DNA of 64,000 nt. Origin: an uncultured Microthrixaceae bacterium. GTDB lineage: Bacteria > Actinomycetota > Acidimicrobiia > Acidimicrobiales > DATDAH01. The notes beneath the pieces were generated by a model. That model ran no database searches. It was not told the origin of the DNA and was given only the letters and a program-made list of their open reading frames with translations. The stretch lies in assembly GCA_963701565.1 (NCBI GenBank), contig CAVPAN010000005.1, positions 409,672 through 473,671 of the forward strand, written 5' to 3'. Shown here in pieces: positions 21,167 to 30,491 of the stretch; within the stretch, counting starts at the first letter, position 1; the number at the start of each line of letters is the position of its first letter. The position numbers and the translations under genes were made by a program.

Positions 21167-23649
21167 GCGGCCGTCGTGCTCCTGCCTGCGCTGGTCGTGG
21201 CGGGACCTGCGGGCCCGGTGGCTCCAGGTCGCGGCGATCGCCCTGATCATCGCCATCGGCTCGGGCACCTACTCGGGGCTCACCAGCGTCTCGGCCTGGC
21301 GCTACGACGAGCTACGACGCCAGCTACGCCGGCGCTGAACATGTACGACCTGCGGGTCGAGCTGGCCGACGGCGCCTACGGTCGCCGGCCGACGAGCTGC
21401 GAGGCCGTGTAGGGCATCGACGGCGGGCGACGACCTCGACCAGGTCGAGGCCGCGGCTGACCGCGCCGACCCAGGTGGACGCCTCCACCGCCCGAGACCA
21501 GGTCCTGGTGCCCGGGCCGCTCGTCGGGGTCGACGTGTCCGACGGCGGGCCCGCACGTCAGCGGGCTCGCAGGCCGTCGAGCGGGCGGCTCCTCGACCCC
21601 GGCCGACGCCGCGGCGCGGCGACGTGGTCCTGCTCGACGAGCACTTCGCCCAGCGACCACGACCTGCCGCCGACGGGCACGATCCGCATCGAGCGGCGAC
21701 CGGGAGATCGCGGTCGTGGGCAGGGCGCTCTCGCCCGAGAGCTTCTTCGTGGTCGGCGACCGGGGCGGGCTCTTCGCCGACTTCGCCGTGCTGTACGCGC
21801 CGATCGAGACGGTGCAGCGCGCTGACGGACCAGCCCGGGGCAGGCCACGACCTGGTGCTCACGGTCCGCCCGGGCGGCGCCGACCGTCGACGAGGTCGAA
21901 GCGCAGGTGACCGCCGCCATCGGCCGAGCACGTTCCCCGACGTCGGGCATCACCCGATCACCGCCCAGGAGGACGACCAGGTCCTGCGCCTGCTCTACGA
22001 CGACATCGAGGGCGATCAGCGCTTCTACGACATCTTCGCCGTCCTCATCCTGCTCGGCGCGGCCTTCGCCGCGTTCAACCTCACGGTCCGCATCGTCGAG
22101 GCCCAGCGCCGGGAGATCGGCATCGGCATGGCCCTGGGGGTCCCGCCCGGCCCGCATCGCGTTGCGGCCCGCTGCTCGTCGGGGTCCAGGTCGCCGCTGC
22201 TCGGGGTGGTGTTCGGGGTCGGGGTCGGGCCTGCTCATCGACGCCCTGATGGCCGACCTGCTGCGGGGCTTCTTCCCGCTGCCCTCCTGGATCGTTCGAC
22301 TTCCAGCCCCGATGTCTTCCTCCGGGGCGCCGCCCTGGGGCTCCTCCTGCCGATCGTGGCCACGGCCCTCCCGGTGCGCCGGGCGGTGCGGGTGACGCCG
22401 GTCGAGGCCATCAGCACCGACGCACCGGGCGGTCTCCGGCGGGCTGGCCCCCCTGCTCCGGCGGCTGCCGCTGCCCGGCTCGAGCGTCGCCATGATGCCG
22501 GTCCGCAACGTCTGCGTGGCCCCGCCGCACGCTGCTCACCGCGCTCGGCATCGGGGCGGCCATCACCGTGCTGGTCGGCGTGGTCGGGCATGATCGACTC
22601 CTTCGTCGCCACCATCGACCTCGGCGAGGAGGAGATCGTCGGGGAGCATCCCGACCGCTGACCGTCGAGTCTCGGCACCTTCGCTGCCGGTCGACGCCGA
22701 GCCGGTCCGCGGCGGTCGACCGGGTCCCCGTTGGTGGCCGACGGCCGAGACCGGACTGGCGCTGGGGGGCACCCTCGATCCGGGCGACGACGAGATCGAG
22801 GTGCTCCTCGCCGTCGACCGACTTCGACAGCGACCTGTGGCGTGCCGACGGCCGAGCTCGGGCGAGCTGACGCACCGACGAGCCCGGGATCGTCCTCGCC
22901 GAGAAGGCGGCCGACGATCTCGGCGTCGACGTGGGCGACACCGTCGTCCTGCGCCACCCGCGCCGGGCAGGGCCTGGTCGACTACCAGTTCGTCGACACC
23001 GAGCTGCCGGTGCTCGCCATCCACCCGAACCCGTACCGGTTCCTGGCCTACCGTCGACGAGCAGCCAGGCCGACCTGTTCGACCTCGAGGGCATCACCAA
23101 CACGGTGCGGGTCAGCCCCGCCGCCGGGCGTGACCACCGAGGAGGTGCAGCGGGGCCTGTTCGCCCGAGCCCGGCGTGGCCTCGGTCGAGCCGGTGACCG
23201 CCGCCGGCGACGCCGTCCGGGAGCAGATCGAGGAGGTTCGTCGGCGTCTTCACGGTCATCGAGGGCGCGGTGCTGCTGCTGGCCCTGCTGATCGCCTTCA
23301 ACTCCACGGCCATCAACATGGACGAGCGGGCCCGGGAGAACGCCACCATGTTCGCCTTCGGGCTGCCCGCCGGGCGGGTGCTGCTGGTCAGCGTGGTGGA
23401 GAGCCTGCTCATCGGCGTGCTGGGGACGATCGTGGGCGTGGTCGCCGGGCGCCTGCTGCTCGAGTGGCTGTTGCGGGTCCTCTTGCCCTCGACGCTGCCC
23501 GACATCGGCATGGTGATCGCTCCTGTCCGCGTCGACCCTGGTGACCGCGCGTCCTCTTCGGCGTCGTGGCCGTGGCCGTGGCCCCGGTGCTGACGCTCCG
23601 CCGGCTGCGCCGGATGGACATCCCCTCGACCCTGCGGGTCATGGAGTGA
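21163..23649 (+). pseudogene. FtsX-family ABC permease (two FtsX domains), well over ten frame changes
   Basis: Recognisable pieces are scattered over all three plus frames. Examples are [66 protein letters not shown] and LYDDIEGDQRFYDIFAVLILLGAAFAAFNLTVRIVEAQRREIGIGMALG. Others are LLLALLIAFNSTAINMDERARENATMFAFG and the ending LRRMDIPSTLRVME*. Confidence 0.7.
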
Positions 23650-23650
23650 G

Positions 23651-24607
23651 TCAGCGGGCCGCGGCGGCCACCCACTCCCAGAGCCGGGCCCGCTCCTGGT
23701 CGTCGGTCCCGGTGCCGGGGAGGTGCACGGTCGAGCGGCGTCGCCGGTCGAGCCAGAGCTCTCCGCTCGTTCGGGCCGGTTCGTCGGCCCAGAGGAGCCA
23801 GACGAGGGTGTCGGCGCCCTGGTCGGGCGTGCGGAGGGCCGGGCCGGTCACCTTGCGGAAGGTGGGCAGGCTGGTCTCGACACCGGGGGTGTCGGCCCAG
23901 CCCGGGTGCATGGCGTGCACGACGGCAGTGGGGGCGAGGCGCTCGGACCAGAGGCCCAGGAGCTCCACCTGCGCCCGTTTGGCCCGGGCGTACTGCGCCG
24001 TGCCCTTGTAACTCTCGGCGTCCATCTCGAGGTCGTCGACGTCGAGGCCCTGGCTGTACATGCCCCCCGAGGTGACCCAGAGGACCCGGGCCGGGGCCCG
24101 GAGCAGGGGGGTGAGGCGCTCGGTGAGCAGGTGGGGGGCGACGAGGTGGACCGCCAGGGTCGTCTCCAGGCCGTCGGCGGTCACGGTCTTGTCCGCCAGG
24201 AGGGCGCCGGCGTTGTGGACGATGGCATCGAACGGCTGCCCGAACGCCACGAGCTCGTCGGCCAGCTTCCGCACTGCGGCCAGGTCGGCCAGGTCGGCGA
24301 TGTGGGCCGTCACGGTCCCGTTCGGGTGGGCCACGTCCAACTCGGCCACGGCCTTGGTGGTCCGCTGCACGTCCCGGCCGACGACGAGGACGTCGGCGCC
24401 GAGGTCGAGCAGCTGTCCCGTGGCGGCCCGGCCGATGCCGGAGGTGGCTCCGGTCAGCAGGATGCGCTTCCCGGCCAGGGCGGCGGGCGGTGGGTCCTCC
24501 CAGTCGTCGAGGCGGCGCCGGGCCTCGTAGCCGAGGCGGCTGAACGACCCGAGGACCGTCGCCTCCAGGAGGAGGTCGACGGTCCGGGGGAGGGGGTTGG
24601 TGGTCAT
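23651..24607 (-). CDS. SDR family oxidoreductase (retinol-dehydrogenase-like)
   Basis: Internal ATG at 24607 (MTTNPLPRTV...). Contains ILLTGATSGIGRA, NAGAL and YARAKRA. Confidence 0.85.
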   Translation of the reverse strand: MTTNPLPRTVDLLLEATVLGSFSRLGYEARRRLDDWEDPPPAALAGKRILLTGATSGIGRAATGQLLDLGADVLVVGRDVQRTTKAVAELDVAHPNGTVTAHIADLADLAAVRKLADELVAFGQPFDAIVHNAGALLADKTVTADGLETTLAVHLVAPHLLTERLTPLLRAPARVLWVTSGGMYSQGLDVDDLEMDAESYKGTAQYARAKRAQVELLGLWSERLAPTAVVHAMHPGWADTPGVETSLPTFRKVTGPALRTPDQGADTLVWLLWADEPARTSGELWLDRRRRSTVHLPGTGTDDQERARLWEWVAAAAR

Positions 24608-24680
24608 GAGCTCTCGGGCGGGGGAGTGGGGGCGGGGAGGGGATTGCCCCGTCCCCACTCCTACCCGATGGGGAGACCGA

Positions 24681-25256
24681 TCAGGCGGGCGGCAGCAGGA
24701 CGCTGTCGATCACGTGGATGACGCCGTTGGTGGCGAAGATGTCGGTGGCGGTCACAGTGGCGTCATTGACGGTCACGGTCTCGCCGTCGACACCGATCTC
24801 CACCGTGGCTCCGTTGACCGTCGGCACCTCTTCGCCGTCGAGGGTGACGACGTCGGCCGCGGGGACCTCGCCCTCGACCACGTGGTACGTGAGGATCGAG
24901 GTCAGGGTCTCGGTGTCGGCGAGGAGCTCCTCGGCGGTCAGGCCGAGATCCTCGAGGGCGGCGGCGAAGGCGTCGTCGGTGGGGGCGAAGACCGTGTACG
25001 GGCCCTCACCCTGCAGGGTCTCGACCAGGCCGGCGGCCTCGACGGCGGCCACGAGGGTGGTGAAGTCACCGGCGGACGAGGCGGTCTCGACGATGTCCAT
25101 GGTGGGCTCGGCCACGGTGTCCTCGGGGGCCTCCGTGGTGTCGGTGGACTCGGTCGTGGCGGAGTCCTCCGACTCCGAGTCGTCGTCACCGCAGGCGGCG
25201 AACACGAGGGCGCCGGCCAACAGGAAGGACAGCAGCTTGAGAAGACGGCGGGACAT
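24681..25256 (-). CDS. fasciclin (FAS1) domain lipoprotein
   Basis: ATG at 25256 preceded by AAGGAG. Signal peptide [25 protein letters not shown]1 motifs [13 protein letters not shown] and [15 protein letters not shown]. Confidence 0.88.
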   Translation of the reverse strand: MSRRLLKLLSFLLAGALVFAACGDDDSESEDSATTESTDTTEAPEDTVAEPTMDIVETASSAGDFTTLVAAVEAAGLVETLQGEGPYTVFAPTDDAFAAALEDLGLTAEELLADTETLTSILTYHVVEGEVPAADVVTLDGEEVPTVNGATVEIGVDGETVTVNDATVTATDIFATNGVIHVIDSVLLPPA

Positions 25257-25281
25257 GGATTGGATTCTCCTTGGGGGGTGG

Positions 25282-25293
25282 TTTAGCACTAAG
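25282..25293. promoter_or_regulatory. operator repeat TTTAGCACTAAG (copy 1, just downstream of the -10)
   Basis: 12/12 identical to copy 2, which starts 19 bp away. Near-palindrome TTAGC-A-CTAA. Confidence 0.5.
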
Positions 25294-25294
25294 C

Positions 25295-25323
25295 ACTCTA
25301 TTTAGCACTAAGTCAAATGTCAA
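25295..25323 (-). promoter_or_regulatory. near-consensus sigma-A type promoter for the fasciclin gene
   Basis: Minus strand reads TTGACA (25323-25318), a 17-nt spacer, then TAGAGT (25300-25295). This lies about 40 nt upstream of the AAGGAG/ATG, in a local low-GC patch. Confidence 0.55.
25301..25314. promoter_or_regulatory. operator repeat TTTAGCACTAAGTC (copy 2, inside the -35/-10 spacer)
   Basis: Occupies the promoter spacer. The GACTTAG-Y-GCTAA core is shared with the site at 26161. Confidence 0.5.
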
Positions 25324-25339
25324 CCTCGGGTCGGAAAAA

Positions 25340-26152
25340 TCAGGAGGTGGCGCTGGCGCTGGTGGTGAGGAGGTCGAGGGCGGACCGGCCGTCGGCCGCC
25401 CACCGGTCGGCCCCGAGTCGGGCGGCCGTCGCCGCGTCGGGGATCGCCGCTCCGCCCGCCAAGACCGGAACCTGAACGCCGGCAGAGCGGAGGGCGGCGA
25501 CGGCGTCGCGGATCGGGCCGGTGGGGGTGATCGACAGCGTCATCCCCACGGCGACGAGTCCGTCGGCGTGGGTCGCGGCGTGGACGAACGCCTCGGCGGG
25601 CGTGTCGGGACCGAGGTCGACCACGGCGAACCCGCGGCCGCGGAGGGGATCGGCCAGGAAGGCCCCGGGCAGGCCGTGGGGATCACCGGACGCGGCGCCC
25701 AGCACGATCGTGCCCCGGCGCCGGCCGCGCCGGGTGAAGTTGCGGGCCAGGCGTCCCAGAAGGCGCTGCATGATCGCGGTGGCCTGGTGCTCCTCGGCGA
25801 TCGAGATCTCGCCCGCGTGCCAGCCGTCGCCGATGTCGACCATCGCACCGGCCAGCACGTCGATGTAGAGGGCCTCGGGGTCCATGCCGCCGGCAAGGGC
25901 AGCCTCGGCCACCGCCATGGCCCCGGCCTCGTCGCCCGCCACGAGGCGCCGGGCCAGGCGCTGGACGTGGTCGACCCGACCGGAACGGGGTGCCGCCTTG
26001 GCGGGCTCGCTCAGCGCGTCGAGGTCACGCTGGCGCACCGACCAGGTCGCGCCCTGCTTGGTGGCGGGCAGCTTCCCGGTCCGTACCCACCGGTACACGG
26101 TCATGTAGTGGACGCCGAGCCGGTCAGCGGCTTCCTGCAGGGTCAGCGTCAT
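25340..26152 (-). CDS. HTH (excisionase/MerR-superfamily type) plus cobalamin-binding transcription regulator, CarH/LitR-like
   Basis: 270 aa. N-terminal LTLQEAADRLGVHYMTVYRWVRTGKLPA. B12-binding_2-like helix bundle with GDGWHAGEISIAEEHQATAIM (W-x9-E-H). Rossmann B12 domain TIVLGAASGDPHGLPGAFLADPLRGRGFAVVDLG. Confidence 0.75.
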   Translation of the reverse strand: MTLTLQEAADRLGVHYMTVYRWVRTGKLPATKQGATWSVRQRDLDALSEPAKAAPRSGRVDHVQRLARRLVAGDEAGAMAVAEAALAGGMDPEALYIDVLAGAMVDIGDGWHAGEISIAEEHQATAIMQRLLGRLARNFTRRGRRRGTIVLGAASGDPHGLPGAFLADPLRGRGFAVVDLGPDTPAEAFVHAATHADGLVAVGMTLSITPTGPIRDAVAALRSAGVQVPVLAGGAAIPDAATAARLGADRWAADGRSALDLLTTSASATS

Positions 26153-26160
26153 GAGCCTAG

Positions 26161-26175
26161 ATTAGCGCTAAGTCT
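26161..26175. promoter_or_regulatory. operator copy 3 ATTAGCGCTAAGTCT over the regulator promoter and start
   Basis: Contains the perfect palindrome TTAGCGCTAA, 9 nt upstream of the regulator ATG (26152). It overlaps a TAATCT hexamer placed 6 nt before the ATG. Confidence 0.5.
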
Positions 26176-26194
26176 CGGCGGATGGTGACCCGGG

Positions 26195-27131
26195 TCAGTA
26201 CCCCGCGGCGCGGTCGACGACGTTGGCCAGCGGTCGGCCGGTCTCCCACCGGGCCAGCTCCTCGAGGAAGATGCCGAGGATGCGGTCGTAGCGCTCCGGG
26301 GAGCTCCACGAGATGTGGGGGCTGAGGTGGACCCGGGGGTGGTCGTACAGCCAGTGGCCCTCGGGTAGGGGCTCAGGGTCCACGGTGTCGAGTGAGGCCA
26401 GGGCCACCCGGCCGTCGTCCAGGGCGCGATCGAAGGGCGTCCTGGTCGACAAGGGCGCCACGGGCGATGTTGACCAGGTGGGCGCCCGGCCCGATCACCT
26501 CGAGGAGCGCCGGGCCCACGAGGTGCCGGGTGGCGGGGGTCGACGGCGCGGTCACGACCAGGTGGTCGCTCCACGCCGCCAGCTCGAGCAGGTCGGTGAC
26601 GATCTCGACCCCCTCGTCGGTGGCCGGGAGGGGCCGGCGGCGGAAGGCCTTCACCTCGCTGCCGAAGGGCAGGGCCCGGCGGGCCACCGCCTCGCCGATG
26701 CCGCCGTAGCCGATGATCGCCACGTGGCGTCCCGGCCAGCGTGCCGAGGTCGGCGAGGTTCCAGTGCTCGGGGGGCTCGGAGATCCAGGTCTGCGGCAGC
26801 TTCTTCTCGAAGGCCAGCATCTGGGTGATCACCCACTCCGAGATGGGTCCTGCTCCGGCGCCCGCGGGAGCAGGTCAGGGTCTGGTCCGGGCCGAGCCGG
26901 TCGAGGGGGAACTGGTCGACCCCGGTGCCGAAGTTGTGGACCCAGCGCACGCCCCGGCCGAGCAATGTCGGGCAGGTCGACCGCGAAGTAGTGGGAGGTC
27001 AGCAGCACCTCGCCGGCAGCGTCGTCCTCGAGGGCGTCGCCACTGCCGATGGACCGCACCGTGACGTCGGGGAACGCGGCCGCGATCTCGCCCGTGATCC
27101 GCTCGCCGAGCTGGCAGAGGACGGTGGTCAC
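26195..27131 (-). pseudogene. D-isomer-specific 2-hydroxyacid dehydrogenase, at least 4 frame changes
   Basis: Pieces are MTTVLCQLGERITGEIAAAFPDVTV... (ORF 26829..27131) and VRWVHNFGTGVDQFPLD (ORF 26651..26965). Further pieces are ITQMLAFEKKLPQTWISEPPEHW (ORF 26149..26832) and VAIIGYGGIGEAVARR...LVNIARGALVDQDAL (ORF 26373..26723). The last piece is ALDDGRVALASLDTVDPEPLPEGHWLYDHPRVHLSPHISW (ORF 26195..26461). Confidence 0.75.
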
Positions 27132-27144
27132 GCTCGGCCCCCGA

Positions 27145-28798
27145 TCAGGCGAACGCCTCGTCGATCAGGTCGGGCTCTCCGGCGGCCTGCTCGGCCGCCC
27201 ACCGGTAGTCGGGCTTGCCGCTGGGGGCGCGGGTGACGGCGTCGACGAAGTGGACCTGGCGGGGGACCTTGTAGCCGGCGATCTCGCCCCGGCAGTGCTC
27301 CTGCAGGTCCTTGATGTCGGTGAGGCCGCCCGTCGTCCCGGAGCTGCACGACGGCGGCGACCCGCTGGCCCCAGCGCTCGTCCTTCACGCCGATGACGGT
27401 GGCGTCGTAGACGGCGGGGTGGGACTTGACCGCGGCCTCGACCTCCTCGGGGTAGATCTTCTCGCCGCCGGAGTTGATGGACACCGAGCCCCGACCGAGC
27501 AGGGTGATGGAGCCGTCCTCCTCGACGGTGGCGAAGTCGCCCGGAACGGCGTAGCGGGTGCCGTCGGGGCCGGTGATGAACGTCTCGGCCGTCTTCACCT
27601 CGTCCTTGTAGTAGCCGAGGGGGATGTTGCCCTTGCGGGCCACCTTGCCGACGACGCCGGAGCCGGGCTGGACGATGTTGAAGTGCTCGTCGATCACGAC
27701 CGAGTCCGGCATGGCGGTGACGGTGGGGCCGCCCTTCATGGCGGTGTTGCCCTTGCCCACCACGACCATGCCGTTGTTGCCGGACTCCGATGCGCCGATG
27801 GCGTCGGTCAGGACCAGGTCGGGGAAGACCTCGAAGAACTGGTCCTTCACCGACGGGGAGAAGACCGCCGCGCTGCTGGAGAGCGAGAACAGGGAGGACA
27901 CGTCCCAGCGGTCGGGATGTTGCTGGAGGGTCTCGATGAGCGGCCGCCCCATGGCGTCGCCGGTGATCATCATCGAGTTGACACCTTCGCGCTGGATGAG
28001 CTCCCAGCACTCCTCGGCGTCGAAGTTGGCCACCAGCACGACCCGGTTGCCGGTCATGGCCTGGCTCATGAGGCCCCACTGGGTGGCCCCGTGCATCAGG
28101 GGGGCGATGGGGAAGAAGGTGATGGGGTCGGGGTAGGCCCGGGCGATGATCTCCTCCGGTTGGGTCGCCTTGACCTTGGTCATGGGGTCGATGCCGCCAC
28201 CGAGAGCCATGAAGACGTCCTCGTGGCGCCACACGACGCCTTTGGGCATGCCCGTGGTGCCACCCGTGTAGAGGATGTAGCGGTCGTCGGGGGATCGGGG
28301 TTCGAAGTCCCGCTCGGGGGAGGCGGCGGCGAGGGCGTCCTCGTAGGGCACGGCGTCGGGCAGGCCGACATCGGCATCGGAGCCGTCGTCGATCACGAGG
28401 GCATGGACCAGGTCCGGTAGCGAGTCGATGCAGTGCTTCACCCGGGGCCCGAAGCCCTGCTCGTAGACGAGGGCCTTCAGGTCGCTGTTGGCGAAGAGGT
28501 AGGACAGCTCGTGCTCGACGTAGCGGTAGTTGATGTTGATCCAGGTGGCCCGGATCTTGAACACGGCCCACAGGGTCTCGACCCACTCGGCGGAGTTGTG
28601 GGCGTAGATGCCGACGTGATCGCCCGGCTCCACGCCGTGGTCGGCCAGGTCGTGGGCCAGGCGGTTGGCCCGCGCCTCCATCTCGGCGTAGGTCCTGCGC
28701 TGGTCGCCGACCACCAGGTACTCCCGATCCGGGAAGGCGTCCACCGCCTGCTCGAACAGGTCCGCCAGGTTGAAGGTCCGTTCCCCCGGGTCACTCAC
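27145..28798 (-). pseudogene. acyl-CoA synthetase (AMP-forming), one C-terminal frameshift
   Basis: GTG at 28798. Contains YILYTGGTTGMPKGV and GDFATVEEDGSITLLGRGS. After VVQLRDDG the conserved tail ..TDIKDLQEHCRGEIAGYKVPRQVHFVDAVTRAPSGKPDYRWAAEQ..DEAFA* is in another frame and ends at 27145. The break is near 27335. Confidence 0.85.
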
Positions 28799-28808
28799 CC
28801 CCCCAAAC

Positions 28809-28822
28809 TAGAACACGTTCCA
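28809..28822. promoter_or_regulatory. KstR-type operator TAGAACACGTTCCA
   Basis: Fits TnnAACnnGTTnnA exactly. It lies 10 nt upstream of the GTG (28798) of the acyl-CoA synthetase. Confidence 0.55.
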
Positions 28823-28858
28823 GCCAGCGGTCGAAGCCACCGGCCCCGGTTCCCCACC

Positions 28859-30427
28859 TCAGACGAGGCGGCTCTCGTGGCCGGCCCAGTACTCGTCCTT
28901 CAGGAGGCGCTTGTAGAGCTTGCCGGTGGGGTGGCGGGGGAGCTCGTCCCGGAAGTCGATCGACCGAGGGCACTTCACGTCGGCCAGGTGCTCCCGGCAG
29001 TGGGCGATCAGGGTCCGTTCCATCTCTGGGCCGGCGGCGGACGGGTCGGCGAGCTGGACGATGGCCTTGACCTCCTCGCCGAAGTCCTCGTTGGGGACGC
29101 CGATCACCGCGGCGTCGGCCACTGCGGAGTGCACGACCAGGACGTTCTCGGTCTCCTGCGGGTACACGTTCACCCCGCCGGTGATGATCATGTTGGCCTT
29201 GCGGTCGGTGAGGTAGAGGAAGCCGTCGGCGTCGACCTTGCCGATGTCGCCCAGCGTGCTGGACCCGTCGTCCCGGTAGCTGTCCGCCGTCTTGTCCGGG
29301 TCGTTGTGGTACTCGAAGATCCGCCCCGCCGGGGTCGCCCCGAAGTAGATGGTCCCCTCATCGCCGACCGGGACCTCGTTGCCGTCCTCGTCGAGGATGA
29401 GCACGGGTGCCGTCAGCCCCCGGCCGACGGTCCCCTTGTGGGCCAGCCACTCCTCGCTGTTGCAGTAGCAGAAGCCGTTGCCCTCGGTGCCGGCGTAGTA
29501 CTCGTGGATGACCGGCCCCCACCAGTCGATCATCTGCTCCTTGACCGGGATGGGGCAGGGGGCGGCGGCGTGGACGGCGACCTGCATGGAGCTGACGTCG
29601 TGGGCCGCCCGGACCTCGTCCGGCAGCTTCAACATGCGGACGAACATCGTCGGGACCCATTGACTGTGGGTGACGTGGTGCTTCTCGATGAGGGCGAGGG
29701 CCTCGGCCGCGTCGAAGTGCTCCATGACCACGATGGTCGAGCCGAGGCGGAGGAAGTTCATGCAGAAGGCCAGGGGGGCGGCGTGGTACAGCGGGGCGGG
29801 GGAGAGGTAGACCGAGGACTCCGAGGCCCCGAAGACGAGGCTGACGAGGGAGGTCATGGCCTCGGGCGTCCCCAACGGGTCACCGGCCAGCGAGCCCTTC
29901 ACGCCCTTGGGACGGCCGGTCGTGCCCGACGAGTAGAGCATCGCCATGCCCTCGACGGCGTCGAACGGCTCCTCGGGGGACTGGGCGGCGAGGAGGTCCG
30001 CCAGCGGCTCGCAACCGTCGACGGGGCCGCCCACCGACGCCAGCAGGTCGAGCCCGCCGAGCTGGTCCATGAGCTCGGCCACCTGGTCCGCCTTGGCCGG
30101 TGAAGTGATCAGCACCCGGCTGCCCGAGTCCTCGACGATGTAGCCGAGCTCCTCGGCCGTCAGCCGGGAGCTGATGGCCGTGTAGTAGAGCCCGGCGTAC
30201 CGGGCCCCCCAGGTGAGCGCCAGGTAGTCGACCCGGTTCTCCAGGCAGAGAGCCACGTGGTCCCCGGTCTTCAGGCCGAGTGACCCGAAGAGGTTGGCCA
30301 GCCGGCAGGCCGTCTCGTGGAGCTCGGCGTAGGTCATCACCTCGCCCGAGCCGCCCATGATGATCGCCGGGTGGTCGGGCGTCTTCTCCGCCCACGCCCC
30401 CGGGTACTGCCGCTCGCCGTCACTCAT
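28859..30427 (-). CDS. acyl-CoA synthetase (AMP-forming)
   Basis: 522 aa, intact. Contains MLYSSGTTGRPKGV, YAGTEGNG, LGDIGKVDADGFLYLTDRK and PRHPTGKLYKR. Confidence 0.9.
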   Translation of the reverse strand: MSDGERQYPGAWAEKTPDHPAIIMGGSGEVMTYAELHETACRLANLFGSLGLKTGDHVALCLENRVDYLALTWGARYAGLYYTAISSRLTAEELGYIVEDSGSRVLITSPAKADQVAELMDQLGGLDLLASVGGPVDGCEPLADLLAAQSPEEPFDAVEGMAMLYSSGTTGRPKGVKGSLAGDPLGTPEAMTSLVSLVFGASESSVYLSPAPLYHAAPLAFCMNFLRLGSTIVVMEHFDAAEALALIEKHHVTHSQWVPTMFVRMLKLPDEVRAAHDVSSMQVAVHAAAPCPIPVKEQMIDWWGPVIHEYYAGTEGNGFCYCNSEEWLAHKGTVGRGLTAPVLILDEDGNEVPVGDEGTIYFGATPAGRIFEYHNDPDKTADSYRDDGSSTLGDIGKVDADGFLYLTDRKANMIITGGVNVYPQETENVLVVHSAVADAAVIGVPNEDFGEEVKAIVQLADPSAAGPEMERTLIAHCREHLADVKCPRSIDFRDELPRHPTGKLYKRLLKDEYWAGHESRLV

Positions 30428-30491
30428 GCCGTCGCCCCCGGTCTCGTCCGCCGTTCAGTGGCCCATTGTGGCCCGGCTACGGTCCTCGGCC

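Noticed and set aside
25257-25339. Low-GC patch as a remnant of a mobile element or an att site.
   Set aside because: It parses completely as a promoter (-35, 17-nt spacer, -10, RBS) with operator repeats. There are no flanking direct repeats or integrase.
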